DNA of 64,000 nucleotides from Porphyridium purpureum. Its lineage: Eukaryota. This document shows, piece after piece, positions 24,081 to 33,381 of the stretch. The DNA is taken from positions 558,001 through 622,000 of the forward strand of contig VRMN01000004.1 in assembly GCA_008690995.1 (NCBI GenBank). Reading direction: 5' to 3'. Position 1 is the first letter of the stretch; the number at the start of each line of letters is the position of its first letter. The notes under the pieces were generated by a model. It made no database searches. It was not told the DNA's origin and was given only the letters and a program-made list of their open reading frames with translations. Made by a program: the position numbers and the translations under genes.

Positions 24081-24271
24081 CGTCTCAACTTTCGGTCTTC
24101 TGGTGTCGTCGGAACAGTTGGCCAAGAATTTGCATCGTGTGTAACAGGCTCGAGTGTGTGGTACGGGCGATCCTCGGTCTCCCGGTTCGTTGGGTTCAAG
24201 GCATTGCGCACTACCCCGCCGGTTTGAGCGCCCACCTCGAGTGACGTGAAGCGAAGGCATAGCTTGGTTAT

Positions 24272-24568
24272 TGTTATCCGTTCGACCCCAGTCACCTAGA
24301 ACGGTTCGGTTAATCCGAAACCGGTAAGCCGTTAAACCGGCAGACTGTTTAACCGTTTCTAGAAGCTTCTAGAGGTTCCAGAACCTTCTAGACGTGCGCA
24401 GAAATGCCAATTATTTGCATTGTCATTTCTCTTGGCGCCTTGATGTCCCTGGCGGAAGTAAGGGTATAAAAAGGCGACGCGCCTGCCCGGACTAGCCGGT
24501 CAGGTCTTGCTCGGAGACAGAAGAGGTAAGAAGAAGAGAGAGAGAATAAAGGCACAGCATTGGTAACA
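24272..24568 (+). mobile_element. Solo LTR of the element D family inserted in the leader of element A, TSD GTTAT
   Basis: 297-bp near copy of the D LTRs (TGTTATCCGTTCGACC...TGGTAACA). GTTAT at 24267-24271 and 24569-24573; no PBS follows. Confidence 0.95.
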
Positions 24569-24605
24569 GTTATATCTGGGATTTTCACTAGAAGCCAGGG
24601 TAAAG

Positions 24606-25454
24606 ATGGCCTCTACCGGTGCCATGGCGGTAAAGACCGCAAAGCTGATGATGTTTTCCGGGAAGCGAGACCCGATGGAAGTTCAGACGTGGTTGTTTGC
24701 CGCGAAAGGAAGGGTGTATACGCCGCTGGTGGAGCACTGGCGTGAACGCGTGATGATGGACGGGCCAGTCGATGTGGCCGTCCCCCCTGAGATCGAAATG
24801 CGCAGTATCCAGACAGCTGCGACGTATTTCGAGAAAGAAGCACTGACGTGGTGGTTTCTGGTGAATCAGCGACGAGAGGCCCCGCTAACTTGGGCGGAGT
24901 TCGAAGCTGCAGTTCAGGCCCAGTTTTTGCCCGCCGATCACGCACGTCGGGCGCGGGACCGCCTCGCGAGGCTTGAGCAGAAGGGAAGTGTGGCTGCTTA
25001 CGCGTCCTTGTTTCGAGATGTTTTGCTGCAGTGTTCCGACGTTTCGGAAGCCGAAGCCTTGGATCGATTCGTGCGCGGTTTGAAGAAGGATGTGCTGGTA
25101 GAAGTGCTGAAGAGCCGTCCGAAGACACTGATGGACGCTTTCCATGTCGCGTCGGCCGTAGATGACGCCATATTCGCGGCTCGAAACATGCAAAGCCGCT
25201 CTCCTTTCTCCGTGCCACGCACGCAGGTTCGTATTGATCATGATGGACGAGCACCCATGGAGTTGGGGACAGTCACCGGCACCGATAGTACGGAAACGCG
25301 TACATGTTATTTGTGCCGCCGTGTAGGACATATTGCACGCAACTGCCGCGCCGCCCGTGGAAAAATTGAGAACCGCCGTCAATTGCGAACAATTACTGAG
25401 AATGCGAACGAAACGGAGACGGACACCACGGAAGAGGCTCCGGATTTCGAGTAG
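24606..25454 (+). CDS. gag: Element A Gag (retrotransposon gag domain + CCHC zinc knuckle)
   Basis: ALTWW, DRFVRGLK, PMELG, CYLCRRVGHIARNC. Confidence 0.93.
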   Translation: MASTGAMAVKTAKLMMFSGKRDPMEVQTWLFAAKGRVYTPLVEHWRERVMMDGPVDVAVPPEIEMRSIQTAATYFEKEALTWWFLVNQRREAPLTWAEFEAAVQAQFLPADHARRARDRLARLEQKGSVAAYASLFRDVLLQCSDVSEAEALDRFVRGLKKDVLVEVLKSRPKTLMDAFHVASAVDDAIFAARNMQSRSPFSVPRTQVRIDHDGRAPMELGTVTGTDSTETRTCYLCRRVGHIARNCRAARGKIENRRQLRTITENANETETDTTEEAPDFE

Positions 25455-25502
25455 CTCAAATGGATGGGAAAAAGGAGCCCCATTTGAGCAAGACAGTGCT
25501 CC
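25442..25502 (+). promoter_or_regulatory. Putative -1 ribosomal frameshift signal of element A (G_GAT_TTC + stem-loop/pseudoknot)
   Basis: Heptamer at 25442-25448 in gag phase; perfect 10-bp stem GCTCAAATGG (25454-63)/CCATTTGAGC (25480-89); loop GGAGC is complementary to GCTCC (25498-502). pol is in the -1 frame and open from 25400. Confidence 0.7.
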
Positions 25503-28500
25503 AGGCGAGAGTCGGTGCACTGGGGAATGCAAATTACATGATTAGAGTCCAAGGAAGCGTCGACTGTGTAAACCTTCCTTTGTTGCTGGACTCGGGCGCG
25601 TCGCACAACTTCCTCAGTCATCGCATCTTGCGCGGCATTCCACACTTGAAAGATAAGTTTACTTCGCACGGAGGGAGCGTAACCCTTGCAGACGGGAGCT
25701 CCACAAATACCTTTGGTATGGTACAAGGTGTCAAGGTCATGATTGACGGAACCGAACAGAGTATTAACTTTGTCGTGTGCGATCTGAAGGATCAGGACGC
25801 CATCCTGGGAATGGAATGGCTTCGAGCTTCAAACCCAGACATCGACTGGGTGGAAGGACGTGTGCGGCTGAGAAAGAAGGCAAGCTCCGAGAATGTGAAC
25901 ACGAACAAGGTCATTACGCGGAAGGAGCTTCGCCAACTTTTGCGCGGCGAAGGACTGCAAGAATGCTTTCTCGGAGTGCTAAAAACAACATCTGTGAAGG
26001 AAGATTCCGTACGTACGGAGGACACTGAAAAGCTGGTAAGAGAGTTTGAAGGGCTCTTCGAAGAACCGCAAAGCCTTCCCCCAGATCGCAAGGTGAATCA
26101 TACCATCAAGTTGAAAGATGAGAAGCCAGTCAGAGTTGGACGCGTGTACCGCCTGAGCCCAAGTGAACTCGAAGCTTTGCGGGAAAGTCTAAACGACTTG
26201 CTGAAACGAGGATTCATTCGGCCGAGTCGAAGTCCCTTCGGGGCTCCGGTCCTCTTCGTGAAGAAGAAGGACGGGAGCTTGAGAATGTGCGTGGATTATC
26301 GAGCTCTGAATGACGTTACGATCAAGGATCGATATCCCTTGCCGAACATGGAAGAGATGCTCGACCAGCTGAGACACGCAAAGTACTTCTCGAAGCTCGA
26401 CTTATTCTCCGGATACCATCAGATCCTCGTAGAGCCCGATGACGTGAAAAAGACTGCATTCCAAACTCGTTACGGTTTGTTTGAATTTCTGGTGATGCCT
26501 TTCGGGTTATGTAATGCCCCGGCAACATTTCAGAGAACCATGAACGAATTGTTTGCGGACCTGTTGGACACTACAGTCGTTGTCTATCTCGACGACATTC
26601 TGGTCTACACAAAGGACGAAGAATCACACGTGACTGCTCTGAGAGAAGTCTTTTCCAGACTGCAGAAGGCTGGATACAAACTCAAAGGAAAGAAATGCAG
26701 TTTTTTCGTACAAGAAGTCGAGTATTTGGGAAACATCGTTGGGAATGGAGTCATCAAGATGGACCCACGGAAAATTAATGCCCTGAAAGAATGGCCCGAG
26801 CCGAGAACCGTGACGGAATTGAGATCCTTCCTAGGCATGACAAATTGGTTTCGACGTTTTGTGAAAGGATATTCGACGGTAGTAGCACCGTTGACTCAAC
26901 TCCTCCAAAACGTCAAGTCGAAAACACAAATGATTGAATTGAATACGCAGGCGAAAGAGGCGTTTCGCAGTATTATCTGCCACTTATCAGAAGCCCCGGT
27001 GCTAGCTTTGCCGGACCCAGAAAAGCCGTTTGAAGTGTATACGGATCGGTCGGAGGTCGCGGTCGGAGGCTGGCTGGCGCAGGAGAATAGGCCAGTTGCG
27101 TTCACATCCAGAAAGCTCTTGGACGGTGAAACAAGGTACAGTAGTTACGAGGGTGAACTTCTCGCAGTAATTCACTGCCTTAAGGAGTTCAGATGCTATT
27201 TGTATGGGGCCAAGTTCACGCTCCACACCGATCATGAGGCCCTAAAACACCTGCTGACTCAGAAAGAGCTAAACAGTCGCCAAGCACGATGGACAGACTT
27301 CCTCGCCGAATTCGATATCACGATCGACTATGTGAAAGGAAAGTCCAATGTAGTAGCCGATGCGCTTTCGCGCAGACCGCATCTCGGCACCTTGGAGTAC
27401 CAAGTACGTTCGGACGAATTTGGAGTGAACTTTGTAGACTTCAAAGATGAATACGCCAAGGACGAAGACTTCGCGGCGCTGGTCGCGGAAGTACCGGAAC
27501 ACCAAGGTTTTCGACTGAGCAGGGGAATATTATATTTGAAGGGCCGCGTTTGCGTTCCGCAAAAGTTTCGTACTCGTGTGATGGAATTGCATCACGATAT
27601 CCCTGTTGCTGGACACCGTGGAGCCGATACTACGTACGCATCACTGATTCAGCGCTTCTACTGGCCAAAAATGAAGCACGAAGTGAGAAGATTTGTGAAG
27701 ACGTGCCATGCTTGCCAAGTTACGAAATCAGAGAATCGATCTTACGGGCTACTCAAGCCACTTCCCATTGCAGATGGTCCGTGGTTAGACATCGCCATGG
27801 ATTTTGTCACAGAGTTGCCACGCAGTGAAGGGAAGTGCGACGCTATTCTCACTGTAGTGGATCGCTATTCCAAGATGGCTCTCTTCATACCAACCAAGAA
27901 GGAGCTTACCGCCCCGAAGTGCGGCGACTTGTTTGTCAAGCATGTTGTGAGCCGATTTGGCTACCCAAGGTCAATTGTATCGGACAGAGACACACTTTTT
28001 ACTTCGGCATTTTGGCAGCAGCTAAGCAAGCGCGTGGGTATAAACCTCGCGATGTCAACCGCAAATCATCCGCAAACGGATGGACAGACCGAACGAGTCA
28101 ACCGTGTCATCCGAGAAATGCTGAAGATGATGGCAACGAGTACTACCTGGGTTCGAGATCTTCCGCTGTACGAGTTCGCGTACAATTCCGCACCAAGCAG
28201 TTCTACCGGACATGCTCCGTTCAAAGTCGTATACGGCAGAGAACCATGGTATCTACCAGCAGGTGGATGGACGCATGCACAACATGGGCAGACAAAAGAT
28301 TTGGCGAAGCATTGGCATCGTTTATGTCAGGTACAAGAAGAGGTTCGAGACAATCTGGTTGAAGCCCAGCGCCGGATGCAAAAGTTCTTCGACCGTACCA
28401 AAATCAAACGCGGATTCGAAGTTGGCGACCAAGTGCTAATTACGGCACCACAACTGCGACCAGGAAAAGCTAACCTGGAAAGTCAGCGCTTTCTCGGCCC

Positions 28501-28723
28501 CGTACGCATCGTCGAAAAGATCAGCAGTCACGCCTATCGAGTCAAATTGCCGGACGGGTTGACTTGCCATGATGTCTTTCCGATCCAACACATGAAGCCA
28601 TACTACAGTCGAAACGAACGAACTTTAGGGGAAAATGATGAAGAAGTACCCGACCAAGATATCCTTGCGTTAGAGTCCGAACCGGACTTGCTACGACTCA
28701 TTGACCAATCAGACACCGACTAG
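25460..28723 (+). CDS. pol: Element A Pol (protease, RT, RNase H, integrase)
   Basis: LLDSGA protease, YLDD RT, YTDRS..ADALSR RNase H, HHCC and DDE integrase (MDFV, SDRD, GQTER). Uninterrupted; no chromodomain. Confidence 0.97.
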   Translation: MDGKKEPHLSKTVLQARVGALGNANYMIRVQGSVDCVNLPLLLDSGASHNFLSHRILRGIPHLKDKFTSHGGSVTLADGSSTNTFGMVQGVKVMIDGTEQSINFVVCDLKDQDAILGMEWLRASNPDIDWVEGRVRLRKKASSENVNTNKVITRKELRQLLRGEGLQECFLGVLKTTSVKEDSVRTEDTEKLVREFEGLFEEPQSLPPDRKVNHTIKLKDEKPVRVGRVYRLSPSELEALRESLNDLLKRGFIRPSRSPFGAPVLFVKKKDGSLRMCVDYRALNDVTIKDRYPLPNMEEMLDQLRHAKYFSKLDLFSGYHQILVEPDDVKKTAFQTRYGLFEFLVMPFGLCNAPATFQRTMNELFADLLDTTVVVYLDDILVYTKDEESHVTALREVFSRLQKAGYKLKGKKCSFFVQEVEYLGNIVGNGVIKMDPRKINALKEWPEPRTVTELRSFLGMTNWFRRFVKGYSTVVAPLTQLLQNVKSKTQMIELNTQAKEAFRSIICHLSEAPVLALPDPEKPFEVYTDRSEVAVGGWLAQENRPVAFTSRKLLDGETRYSSYEGELLAVIHCLKEFRCYLYGAKFTLHTDHEALKHLLTQKELNSRQARWTDFLAEFDITIDYVKGKSNVVADALSRRPHLGTLEYQVRSDEFGVNFVDFKDEYAKDEDFAALVAEVPEHQGFRLSRGILYLKGRVCVPQKFRTRVMELHHDIPVAGHRGADTTYASLIQRFYWPKMKHEVRRFVKTCHACQVTKSENRSYGLLKPLPIADGPWLDIAMDFVTELPRSEGKCDAILTVVDRYSKMALFIPTKKELTAPKCGDLFVKHVVSRFGYPRSIVSDRDTLFTSAFWQQLSKRVGINLAMSTANHPQTDGQTERVNRVIREMLKMMATSTTWVRDLPLYEFAYNSAPSSSTGHAPFKVVYGREPWYLPAGGWTHAQHGQTKDLAKHWHRLCQVQEEVRDNLVEAQRRMQKFFDRTKIKRGFEVGDQVLITAPQLRPGKANLESQRFLGPVRIVEKISSHAYRVKLPDGLTCHDVFPIQHMKPYYSRNERTLGENDEEVPDQDILALESEPDLLRLIDQSDTD

Positions 28724-28841
28724 TTATGTGAATCTGCCGAGCAGAGGTTTTCTCCCGGTGCGCGGGTTCCTCGAGCTCAGAAAGCAGAAATTATTGTTTT
28801 GCCGGACACTCGTCGAGACGTCGAGTGAAGCCGGGGGGAAA

Positions 28842-29201
28842 TGTTATCCGCCGACCCCGCGGATACCTAGTCTTGCGGGATCCTTGCTGTGGCCTTGCTG
28901 TGGCCTTGCTGTGGCCTTGCTGCGGCCTTGCTGGAACCTTGCTGTGGCCTTGCTGGAACCTTGCTGTGGCCTTGCTGGAACCTTGCTGGAACCTTGCTGG
29001 AACCTTGCTGGAACCTTGCTGGTGCACTGTCATTTTTCTCACAGTGCTACCCGGCGAGCTGGAGAACACGGGGCGGCAGTCTATATAAAGGCGTGGAGAC
29101 CCGCGAGCAGGCTCGGGGACAGAAAGGAAGAAGAGAGAGAGAGGTAGCGAAGGGGAGAGAAGAAGGAGAGGGAAAGTAAAAGGAAAAGGAGGTTCATAAC
29201 A
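28842..29201 (+). repeat. Element A 3' LTR (360 bp; 13 copies of the 11-bp unit)
   Basis: Matches the 5' LTR apart from 7 extra 11-bp units and two 2-bp microsatellite gains (81 bp in total). Confidence 0.96.
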
Positions 29202-30460
29202 ATCACACAGGGAATGGTTTTGAAAACTTACTGAGGCAAGACCTCAGCTGTTCCACCGAAGACATTCAGTATTAATTTTGAAAGGGCTGCATCGGCCACT
29301 TATCATTAGTTTACGTAATCGCATTGAGCAACAGCCGTGCACACTGATGAAAAGGAAGATCGGCCTGAGCGAATCAAACGGCTTCTACATGAGGTGGCTT
29401 GAGTGTGCCGAAGATGTTTAAAGCTCTTGGTCGAGATATTCCGGTACCGGTAAATGCAAGGCTCGTGGTATATTGTATGCAAGAACAACAGTTTGCCTTC
29501 ATCTCACTGAGGATACCGTGACGAATGCAATTATATTTCCATGCCTCGTGATGATGGCGTCCCGGACCATTGTTCAAGTACGAGGCTTGAACCCGGTCTT
29601 TTCGCATCAAAGCGCAAAAGTGCAAAAGGGCGGCCTGCATCGTTGTCTCGTGTCTTATTAAAATATGGATCTTCCAGATTGGCCACCGTAGTCGCCACAG
29701 TTCGATGTCACTGAGAATTGGTCGGGGATGCCAGTGCGCAGCTTGACCGAAGAAAACTAGCAGAAATAGACTTTTCACGAGCTCAGAGGTGCCGTGAAGC
29801 TGGCCTCGAAGAACTTGGGCCAGCCTGTGCTGGACAGCGTGTACGAATCTTTGCCAAGACGCTTCTTCGATTGTCTTGATGTTGCACGGTACTGAGTGTG
29901 AGGCAACATCGATGCCGATTCTTTCGGCAGGTAAGCAATCGCTAAAAGTGGGCTGCGTTCCGTTCAGTTTTGGTCTGTCGGCATATCCTCTTTCCACCAG
30001 ACCCTACCCTTCGAATGCCAAAATGGATCACTTTCTGAGGAAGACTCAGATGTAGGCTTGTCGGTTACCCACTCTGATCGCAGTATATTTTCTCGACACG
30101 TAGCCTGAACAGTCAGCCACCATGATGCTTCACGCTTTTGTGCTCTCTGAGACGAAGAAAAGGTCGAGCCTGGCAGCTTGCGCGGACAGGTTTTTCAGCT
30201 TTGCGGACTGCTTTTGCGTGGCGCTCTCGACTGCTTCACGAATGGAGTTTTAGGATAAGCGCCATTCCTTCTTACATCCTTGATCTTTGACCCGTTCGAC
30301 CGCTTCGAGACTTCTGGGCTAGAGATGGCCTCACGCATGCATTTCGTCAACGGAGCAGAACGCTCTCGATGGATGCAAAATCCATTCGACCAGGCCCAGG
30401 GCCGCCGCTCAAGGTCGCTCAAATCCACGAGTCCCGCAAAATGTCGGTCAAAAGTATTGC

Positions 30461-30789
30461 TGTAAAATAGTCGGACCGTTTCGAAGTGGCGACATAACGG
30501 TCCAGTGCCGCGCAGGCCTATGCGCGCGCATATGGCGGTTTCGGAGCCGTCCTCGCAACGGTCGGGTCGTGCAGAGCCCGTGGCTGGGTGGTAAGGCCCA
30601 CCTCGTCGCCCTGCGCTGCAAAGGCGCGTGCCGGGCTGGCCGGGTGTATAAAAGCAGCCACACCCGACGGCCGTCGCCTGGTTAGCTCTCTCACAAGAGA
30701 AGACGCAAGGAAGAGGAGTAGGAGACAACGAGTAAACGGGTCGTCGGATAGGGACGAAGTTTAGAAAACTCCCCGATTATTCCTTCACA
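30461..30789 (+). repeat. Element B 5' LTR
   Basis: Direct repeat of 47769-48097 with about 7 substitutions counted by eye. Confidence 0.96.
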
Positions 30790-30832
30790 GTGGTATCATC
30801 GCTTCGGTTGACCGGTTTCGGGTGAAGCAGAG

Positions 30833-31633
30833 ATGGAAAACTTGCGACAAGCACTGGTTCCGAGGATGGCGCAGGAGCCGGGAGTGCAGGTGTCGCGGCT
30901 CGACACCTACAATGGGTCGAGGGACGTCATTAAGCTACAGACGTGGCTTTTTGCGGCTGGAGATACAGTGTTTGTGCCCCTCAGGGACGCGGTTGGCGTC
31001 ACCGCCACACGTGACACCGCAGTACGGGCAGCGGCAGAAGCGAAGGCGGTCCGCGTGGCCGCGACGTATCTACGTGGAAGCGCGTTGGTCTGGTGGATTG
31101 CGTTGAGCAGGGCCGGGGACGATCCCGCGGTCTGGGATACGTTTGTTCGCGAGCTGGAGGACCAGTTCACACCTCCCAACGCGGCCCGGGCGGCGTACAA
31201 CGATCTGGCTGCGCTTGTGCAAAAGCACAGCGTGGCGCGTTACATCGACGAGTTCCAGATGTGCATTCTCCGCATCCCTCGTATCACTGAGGACGAGAAG
31301 CTGGACCGCTTCGTTCGAGGTCTTAAGAAGCCACCGAGAGTGGAAGTGCTGAAGTCAGGCGCTACAACAGTAGCTGATGCCATGCGCATCGCACTGTCCG
31401 TGGATTCCGCTTACGCGGATGCCCCGCGGGGAGCGTGCGCGCGGGATGACGGCCCAGTTCCCATGGAGCTGGGTGCAGTTGGATTCTCGACGGCGCAAGG
31501 TGGCGGTACTGACAACGCCCGCAAGGTCAAATGCTGGCGTTGTGGCAAGGCAGGCCACAGGAAGGCCGATTGTCGGGCAAAGGAGGTGGATGAACCGGCG
31601 TCAGGAAAAGCGGGAGCCTCCACGCGGGCATAG
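30833..31633 (+). CDS. gag: Element B Gag (homologous to the gypsy Gags of A and D)
   Basis: SRDVIKLQTWLF, AATYLRGSALVWW, KLDRFVRGLKK, DGPVPMELG, CWRCGKAGHRKADC. Confidence 0.92.
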   Translation: MENLRQALVPRMAQEPGVQVSRLDTYNGSRDVIKLQTWLFAAGDTVFVPLRDAVGVTATRDTAVRAAAEAKAVRVAATYLRGSALVWWIALSRAGDDPAVWDTFVRELEDQFTPPNAARAAYNDLAALVQKHSVARYIDEFQMCILRIPRITEDEKLDRFVRGLKKPPRVEVLKSGATTVADAMRIALSVDSAYADAPRGACARDDGPVPMELGAVGFSTAQGGGTDNARKVKCWRCGKAGHRKADCRAKEVDEPASGKAGASTRA

Positions 31634-32156
31634 CCGGTCTGTCGATGGGGGCGTCCGGGGTAGCGGTCGACGCAGGCCGGAGAATCACGGCGCTGTTCTC
31701 GTCGCCGTGTAGCGTTATGGTGACACTGGATGGCTCTGTTGAGGCGCGAGCGCTCGCTGACAGCGGCGCAAACGCCTGCTTCGTGCGACGAGACGTTGCT
31801 GATGCGATGCATGCTGCACGTGCCGGTGAGGAAAGCGCGTGTTCAGATCCTGGTTTTAGCATTCAGTTGGCGGACGAGTCGAAGACGCATGCCACAGGCA
31901 TGCTACGTGCGCACGTGGAGGTTGGAGAGGTCCCTCTTTTCGGAATTGCTCGCACCCTCCTCACCGCTCATTTCCTCGGTTTAGAGAAGCTGAGCTATGA
32001 TGTGGTTTTGGGAAAACCGTGGCTAGAGGCAGGTTTGCCAAAGCCGGTCGCAGAAGGCGAGGAACAAGCCGCGGAATCGTTGGCGTTGGATGGAGCCCAG
32101 GCCGCGTCGACGCATGAACTCATGCACACGCCCAGGGACCTGTCCTGTGAGGCGTG
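31594..32156 (+). pseudogene. pol: Element B pol part 1: aspartic protease and start of the integrase zinc finger (cut by element C)
   Basis: -1 frame relative to gag, open from 31594. ALADSGANACFV...YDVVLGKPWL, then HELMHTPRDLSCEA. Confidence 0.85.
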
Positions 32157-33202
32157 TGTCACGGGAGTAGCCCGTGTGTTAAGGAAATGATTAAAAATAG
32201 CCATAGTCCGTGGCCGGATACCTGGTCGCGCCGGACCCACTGTACTGTAGGTGTACAAGGGGGCGCGTGGTAGGCCTGAAGGCCCCTTCCCTTAGGGACC
32301 AGACGCGCGATGACCACCCAGTATGGAATGGGTGTACAGCCAGGAGGTGGCTGGAACCTTCTGGAAGGTTCTAGACTCAGCGACAGCAAGGCACTGTACC
32401 TCGGGGGTACAGTGGTCGCGATGGGTATAAAAAGACGCGCGGGTCGGCAACCAAGGGGGGGAGAGGGGGGTCGGGAGACAGAAGGAGTAAGGTGGATCTA
32501 AGTAAAAACAGGTGTATTCAAGGAAGCGTGTTCGGGCCTTGGGTACCTGTTGAGGGAGCGGGGGTACAGCGGGAGTACAGCGGGGGTACGGCGGGGGTAC
32601 GGCGGGAGTACAGCGCGAGCGAGCGAGCGGGGGGTTTAACGGGGAAGGTTCGCGGATGCCCTGGGGTAAGGCGTCATTAGACGGTCCTTGTTCGGAAGTG
32701 GATCCGGGGGTGGTACGTGGGCGGGGGCGGATAAAGGAGTGATAGGCCGTTTGAAGCCGAAAGGTGAGGCAACCTCCTCCGGCTAACCCCGGCTGCCCAC
32801 AACGCCTCCCCGGGTCCCGGATCACCGTAAGGTGTGGCCGAACGGGATCCCGGTTGGGCAGCGGACGCCTGGTTCCCCCGTTACGCGCGTCTTCCGTGTG
32901 TGTGCTTTTGGTTGGCTGTGCCTGCTCCGTGCGTGTGCTCTTGGTTGGCTGTGTCTTTCCCGTGTGTCTGCTCTTGGTTGGTTCTGTCGGTCCCGTGTGT
33001 GGGTGCTCTTGGCTGTTTGCGTGTGAACAGCGTGCGTGAGCGTCGTTGGTTCCGGGTTTCCTGCCTGCCGCAGGTCCAGTTGGCTGCGGGTGTCTTGTGT
33101 TTCCTCTTGGTTGCGTGGATTGTCCAGCTTGTGTGCGTGCGTGTGCCGCTTGGCTTGCTGTTGGGTGTGCCGCTGTGTCCTGGGCCAGCACGGTTCGTGA
33201 CA
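32157..33202 (+). repeat. Element C 5' LTR (1046 bp)
   Basis: Near-identical to 38336-39392 (one 11-bp unit indel and one substitution noticed). TATAAAAA at 32426. Confidence 0.96.
32353..32372 (+). promoter_or_regulatory. Heat-shock element (four alternating nGAAn units) in the element C LTR; copy at ~38532-38551
   Basis: gGAAccTTCtgGAAggTTCt, about 55 bp upstream of the TATA box. Confidence 0.7.
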
Positions 33203-33381
33203 TAATTTCCGGAAATTATCTTCCAGGATTGCGTGGCATCTGACGTTGGTGCGAGAGAGGGTGGGGTGTGGACGTGAGATCGGTCTTGATCTTGGACAAA
33301 CTTGTGTCCACATTCTGATACGTACGGTCACCGAGTGAAGGATTGCGAGAGAGGATTCGGAGCAGGAACGAAGTCGCAAAG

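Larger units (their letters stand above)
23617..29201 (+). mobile_element. Element A: full-length Ty3/gypsy LTR retrotransposon, 5-bp TSD ATCAC
   Basis: LTRs TGTTAT...ATAACA at 23617-23895 and 28842-29201; ATCAC at 23612-23616 and 29202-29206; PBS at 23898; PPT at ~28827-28841; gag plus pol in PR-RT-RH-IN order. Confidence 0.97.

Noticed and set aside
24267..24271. Target preference of the D family (TSDs GTTAT and GTTCG both start GTT)
   Set aside because: Two sites are too few to infer specificity.
32292..33203. 303-aa minus-strand ORF in the C LTR as an accessory or env-like gene
   Set aside because: Low-complexity translation of TG-rich LTR repeats; the frame is broken by the 11-bp indel in the 3' LTR.
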